From the human T2T-CHM13v2.0 reference genome, Homo sapiens, in NCBI RefSeq assembly GCF_009914755.1, contig NC_060945.1: a stretch of DNA of 64,000 nt; one strand, written 5' to 3'. Shown here in pieces: positions 18,422 to 44,842 of the stretch. The position numbers and the translations under genes were made by a program. Position 1 is the stretch's first letter. Each line of letters begins with the position of its first letter. Below the pieces are notes generated by a model. The model ran no database searches. It had not been told where the DNA came from and saw nothing but the letters and a program-made list of their open reading frames with translations.

Positions 18422-19750
18422 GTAAGTGTGCTAGAGCGTCAGCCGGGTCATTGGAGTTGGTGACCCCGGCCTCCAGAGCCGTGTCTGCAGATCCAGGGCT
18501 GGGAGTTCGGGCTGTTCCACCTTCAGCTGTCGTGTCGTGTGTCCCTGCCCACATGGAGCTCTAAACACTCTCGGTCTCTAAGTCAGACTAAAAGGAAGCC
18601 TTTCTCTTGAGGAGAGTTGTTAAAGTTTGGGACTTTTTGGCAGATGGACTGTGAAGTAAGTTCTCGGAGAGCTTTCACCATGCCTGCATCCCAGTGTGGT
18701 TTGAAGGGCCTGGTGGGATGAAGCGAGAGGCTTATAGATGACATCAGTTTTTTCTGAGATCTTCAATACTTTTGGCCCTTACTTGTTACCTGGTGTACTT
18801 CATGCACGCTCTCCACCCTCCAGGTAGAGAACCAGCTTTTCCGACTGGAATTGGCTTCTAGCCTCCCTGCCTGGGGCTTAACCCTCATAGCCTCTCCTGG
18901 AGCTGTTGGGCTCTGCTCTGCCCCGAGAGTGCAGTTGTGCTGCCCAGACACCTTTAGCAGCTGCCGTAAATATCCGAGTTGCAGTACCATGTGATCCGGT
19001 AACCAAGGCAAAGGATTCAAGCCCACCCCCAAAAAAGCTTAGTTTGGCAGGGTATATTGAAGGAAATTAATTCTGAGGCACTGTCATTTGCTAAGAGATA
19101 AGTTTCCGCAGACAAAGGAGTTAGGCCAGCAACCCTCTTTCATGTCTCTTCTGAGCGGCCTGTTCAAGCCAGGAAGGGGACAGATGACAATCGAAGGAAT
19201 GCTGTGGGGGGATGGAGGGAAATAAAGCATCCCCCACCATTGAAACTTACACAGGGCTCACCTCTGCGTCCCTTGCTAACACTGGTGTACGTGGGAGAAT
19301 TCACTATTTTTTCCAAGGATGGCTTTCGTCACTAATAAGGTGTGTTGAGCATACAGTCTGGCTACTCAAACGAGATACTCAGTGAGAAAAGCACACCCGT
19401 GTTATGGGAGACTTTGGTTAGTTTATCAGCTAATTTAAATTATGTGTAGATTGTGTTCATCCTAAAACAGTGAAATGCCAGTTCACATAGGAAGGCTCGC
19501 CTACTTGTTGGCAGTGTTCAGACATGCTGCTGAGCTCGTCTTTAATTTGACTTTCTCATTCAAGGTTTCACCAAGGGACATTAGTGGCTGTGCGTGCTCA
19601 TCTGTTGTCTGTGGGGACTGGGTTCCTAGGCTTGAGGTGCTCAGTCTGGAGAGTTTTCCTGGTTTTATTTTCGCATTTCCCTGTCCTCCCTTCTGTGTGG
19701 TCGGTTGTGTGATTGGCAGGCTGCTTTGCTCACCAGAGGTGTCTTTACAG

Positions 19751-19865
19751 GCTGCCCTGATGATCTCACTCATTTGGAAGTATTATTCTGTCCCTGTGGC
19801 TGTCGTGCCGAGTAAATGGATAACCCCTCTAGACCGCCTGGTAGCCTTTCCTACTAGAGTAGCAG
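19751..19865 (+). CDS. GET1: GET1 coding exon 4
   Basis: TTACAG|GCT acceptor; AALMISLIWKYYSVPVAVVPSKWITPLDRLVAFPTRVA; donor CAG|GTAAGA; 115 nt. Confidence 0.96.
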
Positions 19866-20234
19866 GTAAGAATTTTCTGGAAGATGCAGTGGAAGAGTGT
19901 GAATAGGCTTATGTAGAGGTGTGTGGTAGAAGATTAAGTTAGCCTGACATCCTCCTCACCGTCCATTTAGTGAGCGGGGTTTTGTGTCTCAGCCTCACAT
20001 GAGGCTTCCCATGAAGAAACTGAGGTCTGAAAAAGTTACTTCACTTGTCCAGTGTCACCAAAATGTTAAGGAGCAAAGCTAGGATTCAGTCCTAGGTCTG
20101 TTTCCGGGATCCATGCCCAATACGTCAAGTCTGATACCCCATTGAAACACTAGCCGTAGTTCCAAAATTATGTATCTTTTCAATCCCTATTATGGTTGGC
20201 TTCTCTGTAGCACTTGCTGCTCCTGGCTATTCTT

Positions 20235-20933
20235 TTATTTTTTATTTTTTGAGACTGAGTCTCACTCCGTCACCCAGGCTGGAGTCAGTGGTGCGATCTT
20301 GGCTCACTGCAACAACCTCTGCCTCCCAGGTTCAAGCAATTCTTATGCCTCAGCCTCCCAACTAGCTGAAATTACAGGCATGCACTACCACGCCCAGCTA
20401 ATTTTTGTATTTTTAGTAGAGACAGCGTTTCACCATGTTGGCCAGGCTGGTCTCAAACTCCTGACCTTAAGTGATCCTCATGCCTTGGCCTCCCAAAGTA
20501 CTGAGATTACAGGCATGAACCACTATGCCCAGCCACGTTCTTTTATTTTTGAAGATAAATTTTTTTTAGATATTAAAAGTAGTACATGTCACTATAGAAT
20601 GATTAGAAATATAGCTATCAATTAAAAATCCCAGCTGGGTGCAGTGGCTCACGCCTGTAATCCTAGCACTTTGGGAGGCCAAGGTGGGCGGATTGCCTGA
20701 GCTCAGGAGTTTGAGACCAGCCTGGCCAACATGGTGAAACCCTATCTCTACTAAAATACAAAAAATTAGCTGGGCATGGTGGTGCGTGCCTGTAATTCCA
20801 GCTACTTGGGAGGCTGAGGTGTGAGAATCACTTGAATCCGAGAGGTTGCAGTGAGCTGAGATCACGCCAGTGTACCCCAGCCTGGGTGACAGAGTGAGAA
20901 TCTGTGTCAAATAAAATAAAATAAATAAAAAAT
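20235..20933. mobile_element. Inverted Alu pair (minus ~20235-20535, plus ~20632-20933)
   Basis: Two Alu dimers in opposite orientation ~100 bp apart. Confidence 0.9.
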
Positions 20934-21072
20934 AAGATTCCTATTAGCTTTTAATGCTGTGATATGTTTTTCTTTGCCTTTTTTTCCCCATTTATTTTGA
21001 TATAGTTAAGGTCACCTGGCACATCACATGTTGTGCCTCCTTTTTACTTTATAGGGTAAGCCTATTCCCACA

Positions 21073-21430
21073 TGTTTTAGTTTGTTAGGGTTAAGTGAAA
21101 TACTATAAACTGGGTAGCTCATAAACAACAGAAATTTATTTCTCACTGTTCCGGAGGCTGGGGAGTCCAAAATCAAGGTGCCGGCAGATTTGGTGTCTGA
21201 TGATGGCCCATTTTCCAGTTCATGGATGGTGTCTTCTCACTATGTCCTTGCATGGTGGAAGGACAAGCTCCTTTAGGCCTCTTTTATAAGGGCACTAATC
21301 CCATTCACACGGACTCTGCCCTTGTGACTTAATCACCTCCCATAAGGCCCCAATTCTTAATGCCATCACTGTGGGGGGTAGCATATTAGCATATGAATTT
21401 TAGGGGGATACAAACATTCAGACCATAGCA
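21073..21430 (-). mobile_element. MaLR solo LTR (MST/MLT1A-like)
   Basis: AACAACAGAAATTTATTTCTCAC...TTATAAGGGCACTAATCCCATTCA...AAACATTCAGACCATAGCA; flanks CCACA/CCATA. Confidence 0.8.
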
Positions 21431-21449
21431 CCATATCAGTACATTTCTT

Positions 21450-22249
<800 letters not shown>

Positions 22250-22697
22250 GGAATGGCTGTTTCAAAGACTCCCAATTTAGCTACCACCCCTGTCCCCTTC
22301 CCCACCCTTTCCTTCCCCTCTCCTTTGTTTGACACAGCTGGGCCTAGGCCAGGAGCTCTGCACTGCGGCCAGAGAAGCATCCAGCCACCCTTCCATGCAT
22401 CCAGCAGGTCCATGGGTCACTCTTGCAGCCTGTCTTCCTGGACAGGGGGATATGTATGCCTCTCCATTATTGGTGGGGCAAGAAAGGCATAGGTAGACAT
22501 TGCTTTGTTTATAATGCTTTCTGAGAAAGGAAAAATAAATAATCTTACAGGTTTGGTTTTGGAATCTATTAATATCATAAATAGTAATGCACATCTCTCT
22601 GGCAGGAAAGGGAAATTCAGCCCAGGGTCCACCGTTCACTGCAATTCCTGCTTAGTAAAGAATACAGCCCTATGATTCTATAGAAAGTGACAAATTC

Positions 22698-23324
<627 letters not shown>

Positions 23325-23450
23325 TCACTTCAGCCCAGCACTGCTCAAAAAGAATGGAAATACTCTCTTTGCTGTGAGTTAAAGACAGCAGAGACAGATG
23401 GGGGCAGCACTGCTGGTATGCGCTCTCATGGTGAATGTCTTTGTTTTCAG

Positions 23451-23524
23451 GTGGTGTTGGAATTACCTGTTGGATTTTAGTCTGTAACAAAGTTGTCGCT
23501 ATTGTGCTTCATCCGTTCAGCTGA
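23451..23524 (+). CDS. GET1: GET1 coding exon 5 (last transmembrane helix and stop)
   Basis: TTTTCAG|GT acceptor; GGVGITCWILVCNKVVAIVLHPFS-TGA. Exons sum to 525 nt = 174 aa + stop. Confidence 0.96.
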
Positions 23525-24315
23525 ACAGGAGGATGGATACAGCCGCGAGGCTAAAAAACGGATTTCCTCTTCCTAGCTTAAAATCTGATTTACACTGTTT
23601 TGTTTTTTAAGAAACAAAAGTGCATAGTTTAGATTTTTTTTTTGTTGAATATGTTTGTTCTTGGACTTTATGAGAGAGTCTTATAAGAATCACGATTTTC
23701 TACACCTGTCATTGAGCCAAGAAAGTCCAGTTTATGACACGTATGTACTAGTGAACACCGTCCTCGATCTGTACGAAATGTGAAATGTTTAGGGACATCT
23801 CCATGCTGTCACTTGTGATTTGCCCTCTTATGTATTTTGGTCATATTGCCAACTGGAAAGTCAAAATTTTCTAACAACTTTAAGTAAGTTCTTTGAAGAC
23901 TTAGTGCTGTTTTTAATCCAGTTTAGAAAGTAACTTAATTTTAATACCACTACTAAAAATTCGAAAATTTCTTCTTTAATCACATTCAATATGGTTAAAA
24001 GAACAACACTAATTGACATTGCGTGGGCTTTTTCTCCCTTTGTTTAAAATGTCATTTGTTGAGCAAGAGTTGTATAGTATTATCTACTTACTTGAGGCTG
24101 TTAATTTTTCATTACAGTGTTTTGTAAATGTATCCACGAGACCATGATGCATTGTTTTGTGCTCAACTTGTGTTTTGTATTTAAAGCATTTTGAATGAAG
24201 TGTATTTTATAAGCATTTAATATTTATGCTCTTTAGAATGGAACACAGAAAACAAACCTTATAAGTCCTGATTAATCTGAACCAATAACCTGTGTGGCCT
24301 ACAAAGTATAATTCT

Positions 24316-24351
24316 ATTAAATGTTCCTTAAAACACTTTTTTCTAATTAAA
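24316..24351 (+). terminator. Candidate GET1 polyadenylation signals (two ATTAAA)
   Basis: ATTAAA at 24316-24321 and 24346-24351, ending an AU-rich 3'UTR free of obvious repeats; the actual cleavage site cannot be determined. Confidence 0.5.
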
Positions 24352-25196
24352 ATCTTTGCAAATGCTTGTGTAACTTCCTGCCTTACAGCTACTTGTTTGC
24401 TGTGAGCCACCCGCAACTGACAAGTGGCTGTTAACTGAGTCACCATATCCCAGTAAAGCTGAATTTTCTCACTAGTTTCTGCAAGTTCATATTTGTACTC
24501 TTTTGTTTCCTAATGATCTAATAAGTAGTTTGTTGTTATTTTAGCTGATTGGACTGTGAGAAGACAAAGTGCTGTGGTCCTTTATTTATTGTCATGCTGA
24601 AGGCCACCACAGCAGCTTTTGGGTTCCACTTACTCAAACACACATGCACGCAGGCTTACCCAGCACCAAGTTTACTTAGCTTTAAGAAAGGACAGAGCAG
24701 GGAACGCAGCCACAGCCTGGTGGAGGAACTGGACACCAGCTTCCAGTGTCCGTCACCACACGGGATACATTTTGCCCACAAAGGATGAGAAGCCAACCTG
24801 GGGAGGAGATGAGAGTAGCACACGGAAGCTGCAGGAACTAGTCCTTCAGACGAAATATAGCACCAAGGGGGCACGTGCCTAACTCCCGTTTTAGTAAGCT
24901 GCAGGCAGAAATGATGGTGGACAGTCAACAGTGCACCGGCCATGTAGAGCGTGCCCAGGGAACTGCTGGGATCACTCATCCGCATACAGTGTCCATGATG
25001 ATACCCGTATCTCTTAAAGATATTCTCATTCAGTTGTTACAAGAATTTTGACAAATCTCACTGAGGCTAGAGGTAAAAATTTCTGGTTCACAGCTATTAA
25101 CTTTCCCCATGCGTGAATAGTTTGTGATGATTAAATAGGGGAAATGTAAATGTCCTTTATGTTTCACATTATTGTGTTTTTTTAGAAATTATACAG

Positions 25197-25642
<446 letters not shown>

Positions 25643-26002
25643 TGATGAACACGGTGATGAATTCAGAAGATAGAGAAAGAGCTACAGTAAATGTGCATCT
25701 TACGACTCTTGTCCCCCAATTTCCCAAAGTTTTCCTCTGTTAACAGTTTTTTATGATTCTGCCAGTGATATTCCATGCATTTATGAATATTCATGCATGT
25801 GCTTTTAAGACATGTTTTAAAGGTATAAAAATAATACCTAAAAAGACAAAAGTAGTACCTATTTACTGTTTTTTTTTAAAAATGGAACTTGGGAAGTACA
25901 GAAAAGCAGCAAGGAAGAAAAACCTATGACTCCATAGAACTAGGGTGACTGGCGTTAGCATCTGTGCTTTTGTTTTTTGCATATATGTGTGTATAATGTT
26001 GA

Positions 26003-32078
<6,076 letters not shown>

Positions 32079-32330
32079 TGCTTCCATGTTTTTAAGTTAC
32101 AATTCAACTCTATTGCTGATAAATTTTGTTGTGTAGGAGATGCATGTCTTGGGTTGACTAACTTAAGAGTTACTAGCTATGGAGTCCCACAGAATACTAA
32201 AACCATATAGTAAACCAGTCTTCCAGAAGATAATGGATGTTTCAGTTGTAAAGATGTAAATTTGTATTTGAAGTGTTATCATTGGCTAATATAAAATAGA
32301 TTTTTTACTAGATTAGCAATCAAACAAAAA

Positions 32331-32336
32331 TTTAAT
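32331..32336 (-). terminator. Candidate LCA5L polyadenylation signal (ATTAAA)
   Basis: Plus-strand TTTAAT ~130 nt past the stop codon. Confidence 0.35.
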
Positions 32337-32466
32337 TATCGAAAGTCAATTAAGTACTAAAACACACACATACATACACTCCCTCTCTCACACATTTCAA
32401 AAATAAGATGCAAGGCACATAAGCAGCATTATATCAAACCAGAATGCATTAGGATATTGATTATAT

Positions 32467-33219
<753 letters not shown>

Positions 33220-33409
33220 TTAGTGCTGTTTAAAATGAATGGATCTCTATTTCAAGATGGCATGTCTAGTACACTTACGTGCACCGCCTCACAAGCACAC
33301 TGAAATGACAGAAAAGGTAAGAAAATAGATGCATAGACAAAAGATTACAGAGAAAGGTGCTATTAACAAATGTGTTATGTTACAGTTTCTTGGAACTTCC
33401 CAAGCAGAT

Positions 33410-34250
<841 letters not shown>

Positions 34251-35559
34251 AGAATATAAGCACATGAGGGCAGGGTTTTGCATTTGCTTCCTCCTGTCTC
34301 CCTAATGCCTAGAACAGTGTCAGACACATAGTGCATGCTCAGAAAGTATTTGTCAAATGAATGGATACACTTTCTAGGACACTATGAATTAGGACAATGG
34401 ACTGAAAAATAAGCAGAAAATTTAAACACACCAGTGACCACAGTGCAACTGCAACTGACGATCAGTTTCCACCAAACTGCAACAGAGAGAGTGGCTTTGC
34501 CGGTGAGTTCTGTCAAACTACTGTGTTATTTAAACATTATTTGGCCTTACAACTAAGGTGAGGCCCTTGGGCCTCTACTGAAGGCCCAATGTGTTCAACA
34601 AGGGCTCTCCATGCTGCCTAAGGGAACACATCTGATTTGCAGCCCTGAATGAACTCTGGGACTCATTCATCATGCATGTACTTTCCTCAGAAGTTGCTCT
34701 TACCCAGCCTTGCGGGGCTGCAGCCAGATCTCCCACGAGTGGTAATGTAACATGAAAACAATGAGCCACATCTTCAAAATTCCAAAGGAAAATGACCCTC
34801 AACCTAGAGTTTCCTATCTAGGCAAGTATTAATCAAGTGTAAGGGCAGAATAATGACACTTCCAGATGAGAGGTATACAAATTTACCTTACCTGCACCCA
34901 TTTACAAGAAGCTAGTGAAGGTTGTGCTCTTTAAAACATGATGGAATTTACCAAGAAAGAGGAGGACTTGGCTTAGGAAAGAGAAGATCCAGTAGAGAAG
35001 GGGAGTGACAGGAATCTGCAGGAAATGATGAAGGGCAATCCCAGGATGTTAGCTGCACACCAGAGATGAGGAGACAGACTAGGACCCCTGCTCCATTAGA
35101 CCTCCAGGTCCCAAACACCAGGTGAGCCAGGGCCTTGGCCTGTCTTGCCCATGGCTGATGAAGTGTTGTACTCTCTATCAAACCCTGCAGTCTGGGCCAG
35201 CTGAGGACTCTCCTTGGACCCCAAAGAAGCAGTTTGTTTCCACCTACTCCCAAGAGCTGAAGGTAAGCTTTGGTGATCTTAGAATAGGAAAATCTGGGCA
35301 GCCCGTTCTCTTGGCCCTAGCTCTCTTGGGCCTGCCCAGAAGAGCTCTGCCAGATGCCATGGATCTGAGGGTTTTTCTATCTCCCAGGATGATTCAGGAC
35401 CTCACCCACTGATTGGGCCCTTGTATATTCAAGGGAGCTGAAGCTGGGGTCCTTTTTCTGGAAGTCTTTATTCAAAAGTGGTAATATTGCCCTTTGCTCA
35501 GCTGGATTTGAATAATTTGCTACTCAGTTTTTCAAAGCTGAATATATTATTTAAGGATA

Positions 35560-35968
35560 CTATTATGAAATGAATGTTTGTATTCCTTCCTCCCAAATTT
35601 CATATGTTGAAGCCGTAACCCCCAGTATGGCTATATTTGGAGACTGGGTCTTTAAGGAAGTAATTAAGGTTAAATGAGATCACAAGGTTGGGGCCTTCAT
35701 GACGGAATTAGTGTCCTTATAAAAAGAAACACTGGAGCACTGGTGCTCTCTCCCCGACTCTCCTCGTGCGAGCACTAAGGAAACGCCACATGAAGACATA
35801 GTGAGAAGCGGGACATCTAAAGCCAGGAAGAGGGCCTTAACTGAAGCCAAATGCCTAGAACCTTGATCTCGGACTTCCTAGCCTCCAGAACCATGAGAAA
35901 ATAAATAAGTGTTGTTTAAACCGGCAGTCTGTGGTATTTTCTTATGGCAGCCCAAGCAGACGAATGTA
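35560..35968 (+). mobile_element. MLT1A/B-like MaLR solo LTR
   Basis: TTCATATGTTGAAGCC...GTAATTAAGGTTAAATGAG...GGACTTCCTAGCCTCCAGAACCATGAGAAAATAAAT...TTATGGCAGCCCAAGCAGAC. Confidence 0.85.
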
Positions 35969-36120
35969 GCTACATATAAAGACAGGGAGCTGTGAGGGAA
36001 AGCAAGGGAATGACTGGCCTAAAACCCAAGACGGTGGTGGTTTCTGGTGGGCAGGGCGAGGGGATATGATTGTGAAGGGCCCAAGGGTGTTCCAAGGAGT
36101 ACTCATCCACTGTTTCTTAA

Positions 36121-36477
<357 letters not shown>

Positions 36478-36495
36478 TGTTTTATGTGTGCTTTA

Positions 36496-36768
<273 letters not shown>

Positions 36769-36815
36769 TCACATAGAACAAGTGACTGTAGCCTATTTTT
36801 GTTAAGACATGTTTA

Positions 36816-36968
<153 letters not shown>

Positions 36969-37428
36969 TTATATGTAAGAAACATATTTTACATTTGGAT
37001 ACAATATTGATTTTAAACATAAAATAACTTTTATGCAATGTAATAATAAAGTATACTAAGTATTTTCTAAATATTCAATATATATATAAGCATTTGTTAG
37101 TTTCCTGTTTTTCCCTCCAGGGCCCTTGCTTTGTCTTACTTTGGGCCTCACAGTGTTTGAGTATAAAACAAGTAGGTGTTAGGATAAGACATTGTTGCTG
37201 TTGGAGGACAAGGCTGTCCTTTGTGGATGGGATTCAGCAAGGTAGACGTGTAATTGTGAGAGGCCAGGCCACCGAGCTATCCTGTGGCGGAGCTCTTGAT
37301 TATCAGTGGTTAGACTGTCCATGCTGAAGCGCATGACCACTAAATCTAGACTGCACTTTCCTGAAAAGTGAAGGAAATTATATCATTTAAACAACCCCTC
37401 GGTTGATTCATTGTCTCTATTATTCTAG

Positions 37429-37522
37429 ATTATAAGCCAGAAGCAAACAAAGGCAGGCAAGGAAATTTGAGGTTGTTGCATCTGGAAGTAAACATGTAGC
37501 TACTTCTTCTAATAAAACAGAG
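37429..37522 (+). other. GET1: Candidate alternative downstream GET1 exon, antisense within an LCA5L intron
   Basis: Acceptor TTGTCTCTATTATTCTAG|AT and donor GAG|GTGAGT; in frame with GET1 exon 4 for 23 aa up to TAG 37497-37499. Confidence 0.6.
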
Positions 37523-37629
37523 GTGAGTATTCCTATGGTACTTCTGAGTCGAATCTGTTGCTGGGAGATTTTGGGGGGAAAGCAGTGCACGTGCTCTTGA
37601 AGAAAAGAAGACCTCACCAATGAGAGGTA

Positions 37630-37985
37630 TACACTAATGATAGTGGCATCAATATAGATGAATCTCAAAAACACTATGCTGAACAAAAGCAGCCAGATAC
37701 AAAAGGGTGCAGCTGTGGGATTCCACTTACATGAAATTCTAGAACAGACAACCTAGGCTATTGTGACCAAAGGAAAGTCAGTGGTTGCCTCGGGTGAGGT
37801 AGGGGACTACTGACTGCAGGGGACACGAGGAAACTTCCTGGGGAGGTGGAAATATTCAATATCTTGATTGGGGTGGTGGCTCCATCGGTATAAACATCTG
37901 TCAAAACCCACTGAGCTGCGTGCACACTTAAAATGGATGCATTTTATTGAGGTCAAGTATACCCCAATAAAGTTCATTTTGAAAA
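37630..37985 (+). mobile_element. Old L1M 3' end
   Basis: GATGAATCTCAAAAACACTATGCTGAAC...CACTTAAAATGGATGCATTTTATTG...CCCAATAAAGTT. Confidence 0.75.
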
Positions 37986-38294
37986 GCCATACACTGGCTA
38001 ACAGATACACTTAGAAAGTTCACTTTTTGGCAGACATTTTGCTTCAAGCTGAAGTTATCCTTTTGCTCCACCTGAAGAAAGGACATAAAGGGGTGTGCTG
38101 AGGATGGGAGAACGGGAAAGCATTTCTATTCCTTGCTAGCCATGTCACCATCTCAGTCTCGTTATTCTTCTAGAATCACAAAATGTATTTTAATGCCTAA
38201 TGAAGTGATTTTTGAAAATATCCATTATTTTGTCTATATAAATTAGGAAAATCTGACTAGATACTTAAAAATAGATTTTGAGCAAAAGTAATTA

Positions 38295-38387
<93 letters not shown>

Positions 38388-38679
38388 CTAAAAAGAACCA
38401 CAAAACCAATTTTTCTATAAATGCTTGCTTTTGTCAACCCTGATTTCTTTTAAAAACAATTTAAATGAGCTCAGTATCCTATGAATAAAATCTGTAGATT
38501 TTAGAAGAAACAGAAATAGGCCATATCATCCTATACCATTCCTGACATCGAAAAGTACTAGCTCTTTAAACAAAGTGACACATTATTGTGATCGGGACAG
38601 TATTTTTGAAGAGCCTTGCAGGTCAGCTTGTCCACTGTTTTCCTTCTGTCCTGTGGGCCTTGAAGTTTATGAAATATTC

Positions 38680-38881
38680 TTCTGTACTGTGCATTACAGT
38701 AGCCACTAACTATATGTTGTGATTTCATTTAAATGAAAGTAAAACTAAAATTTAGGTCGTCAGCCACACTATTTGTATTTCCAATAGGCGGTCAGCAGCT
38801 GTGTGTGACTAGTGACTACAGTATTGGATGGCACAGGTGAACATTTCCACCATCTAATAGAAAGTTCTATGAGACAGGGCT
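38680..38881. mobile_element. MER3/MER33-like hAT-Charlie MITE
   Basis: GTAGCCACTAACTATATG...GTGACTAGTGACTACAGTATTGGATGGCACAG...AGAAAGTTCTAT. Confidence 0.7.
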
Positions 38882-41291
38882 ACGTCTAGACAAGGGCCAG
38901 GGGGGAAGCCTAGAACAAGGGTATCATTGTTCCATTTTAAATTTCATATTGATTTTTTTGAGTCTTGGAAAAACAGACATTTTGAAACCTTAACTTGTTG
39001 AGGAACAAAGAAAGGGTTTTTATTAAATATCAAATGCTCCTTCTTACATGTACACCAGGAGGCAAGAAAGGCTTTGGACTCAAGACCATTGAATTTTAGT
39101 AACAACCATGGTTAAGAGAGGTGGGCATATATGAAGTAAGGAGGAAGGAACCCAGGGATGTCAGAGTGTGACAGACGTGCATGTGCACACACACACACAC
39201 ACACGGGGGGTGGGGCGGGGAGAGAGAGCTCTTGTCTCCTTGTGCCCCTTAGGGTCAAATCTATGGGCCAAGGGATATTCAGGGGGTGAGAAACATCTCT
39301 GAGGTTTGGGAAAGTCTCAGTGCAAGAGGCCTTGGCGTGGTCCAGGAAAATTGCAAGCCCCTTAAAAAGCGCCTCCCCCGCCGCCCCATTCATCATGGAG
39401 CTAAAGTAACATGGTATTGCCCAAGTGTAAGTTAGAAAGGGCTAAATACCCTCTCTAGGCCAGAGATTGTGCTTCCCTTACCCTTGCAACCAGTGGGACC
39501 TGTGGAGGGAGCTGCACCTGCCCTGGAGTCCTTAAGGTTACAGATCCAGGTGCTCCCATAGCACAGGCTTTGCAACAGAGAATCTAGCCAGGGATCAGAT
39601 GGAGGATGCATCTCAGAGCATTTGCATCAACAGTCAGCAGGGGACGATCACCAGGATTTATTTGACCAGACTGAGAAGAGGCCAGGAGTTTTAGCAGCCA
39701 CATTCAGTACACATCAGACAGGGTCCTGGGAATTTGATTTAAGACTAGTCACTCGTCAGGAGAACCAGCTCTAGAGAGGGGCCAGAGGGCAGAACACAGA
39801 CCAGAGGCCTCTTTTTCACTCCACCAAGAGTACACATATGTTTTCTCTCATGCCCAGGATGCCATCTCCACTGAGACAGAAGATAGGGATGAGGAAAAAG
39901 TCTGCAAGTCTAAGAGACAACCTAGCATAAGACTGTTTTGAGTTAGAAGAGACTGAGACAAGCTTTTATCCATTTCTTCTTGTCCAACTGCCATCCTCAT
40001 CCCTAATTTGTGGGACTGGGGCTCATAAGGAAGTATGGCTTAGTTACAGAAAATAAAGAACATGACATATTTTTGTACCTGAATTGTACAGTGTAAATTT
40101 TCTACTCATTTGAATCATAAAATTAGTTTATTATCAGAGGTACACAAAGGGATAAAACATGAGAATATTAATCTTTTCTAGAATTTAAGTTTCTGGAGGC
40201 AAAAATGTTAACAGTTCATCTCTCTTTTCTTATTGTGGTAACAGCCAAAAGAACAGTAAATGCTGACAGTTCATCACCATGAAAAGTTGATCAGGTGTAT
40301 TCTGGATAATAGCTTTCAGATGAAGGATACTGTGTAAAACATTTTAGAATGAGTTTTCATCCACACTGGTTAGGAAACATTTTCATGTTTACAGGGACAC
40401 ATTTTGATTACCTGAAAAATTCAGTTCTATCTTTTGATTTGGTCTGGACACCTGGAGGTCAGCAACCGAGAGCAGGAAGGAGGCACAGCAACAACAGAAC
40501 AACAACAAGAGGCTGCGACAGGGGCGGCGTGGGTCAAAAGGAAGCAACCTGGAGGACGGTCCTCCTTGCGGCTTGGAGCAGAGCTTCAGGTTGGGCACCA
40601 CGACAGAGCTGGGCCAGAAGTCTAACACAGCCTGTTTGGAACACAACCCGGGATACTTGTGTGGTTGGGTTCAGTCAGTCAAGGGAAACAAGAAGCTAAC
40701 CCGTGGCTGGGAGTGTTCATGCAATGCTCGTGGAATACTCAGCGCAAAGCCTGCCCGCAAGCACAAAGGGTATCAAGGAAGAGTTAAATGGGAAGTTGGG
40801 TCATGGTGTGGAATCATATTAAGGTCAGCATTGATGGCTTCCGGAACTTAGATAGAAAGCAGTGTCTTAATGCAGGAGTGTGACCGTAGCCTGGGTGTAA
40901 GACGGGTGGCAGTACCTCACGTGGGAGCTGTGGAAGGCTGACATCCCTCTTCTTACTTCGGCTCATACTGCAGAAGTAGGCCTAGAACTCGGTGTGGGAT
41001 GACTTTGAAAATGAGTTTCAAAGTAAAGAAACGAACTTTTGACCTTTGGGACCAGACTCTTCCAAGCTCAAACAATGACTTTCGTTAATGTGGCAGACTG
41101 TATTTTCCTAGAATTCCCACGACAAGATTTCTAGTCCTATATGCTCTTCAACAACCTCGTGACTCGCTACCAAAAGGTGGAGTTCACTGCTTGAACTGCC
41201 TAGGACTGCCCTGACAAATGCTGTGAGGCAGAAGTGATGCTGCGTGACTGCCAAGGCTAGGTCATAAAAGGCAGTACTGCATCTGTCTGGT

Positions 41292-41298
<7 letters not shown>

Positions 41299-41371
<73 letters not shown>
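41299..41371. repeat. (CT)n(GT)n compound dinucleotide microsatellite, next to an MLT1-like fragment (~41115-41298)
   Basis: Direct read of the sequence. Confidence 0.95.
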
Positions 41372-41373
<2 letters not shown>

Positions 41374-41934
41374 TGTGCATATTTTACTTTGTGATTGTCT
41401 ATGTTTGGTTTCATTAATCTACAAAAAAGAAAAACCCCTTTTTATCTTCCAGAAATTCTTTGTTAGATCTGGTAGTTTTGGTATTCCTTTCTGGGATTCT
41501 GGATTATTTTATTTATTTTTAGAGACAAGAGTCTCTCTCTGTTGCCCAGGCTGGAGTGCAGTGGCGCCATCACTAAAGCCTCTAACTCCTGGGCTCGAGA
41601 TCTTCTGCCTCAGCCTCTGGAGTAGCTGGGATTACAGGCTTGTGCCACCATGCCCAGATAATTTCTAAATTTTTTTGTAGAGACAGGCTTTGTTCTGTTG
41701 CCTTGGCTGGTCTTGACTTCTTGGGCTCAAAAGATCCTTCTGCCTCAACTTCCCAAAAAATGATGTAAGCCACCATGCCTGGCTTGGAGTGTTATTTTAA
41801 AAATAACATTTTCTGTCATTTCCATGGGGCTTTGGCAGGGAGGGACAAAAAGCATGTGTTGAGGCCACCTTCTTGATCTAGCCATTTCTACTCTTTTAAA
41901 AATGCATAAAATATGTAATTTCAAAAGCATTTTT

Positions 41935-44120
<2,186 letters not shown>

Positions 44121-44141
44121 TTCCTTTATCTTAAATAGGAT

Positions 44142-44842
<701 letters not shown>

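Noticed and set aside
17244-19906. ORFs 17244-17492 and 19475-19906 as independent genes
   Set aside because: They are GET1 exons 2 and 4 with in-frame intronic flanks.
39100-40100. Possible ancient LTR-like element
   Set aside because: I could not assign a family or boundaries by eye, so it is left unannotated pending a Dfam search.
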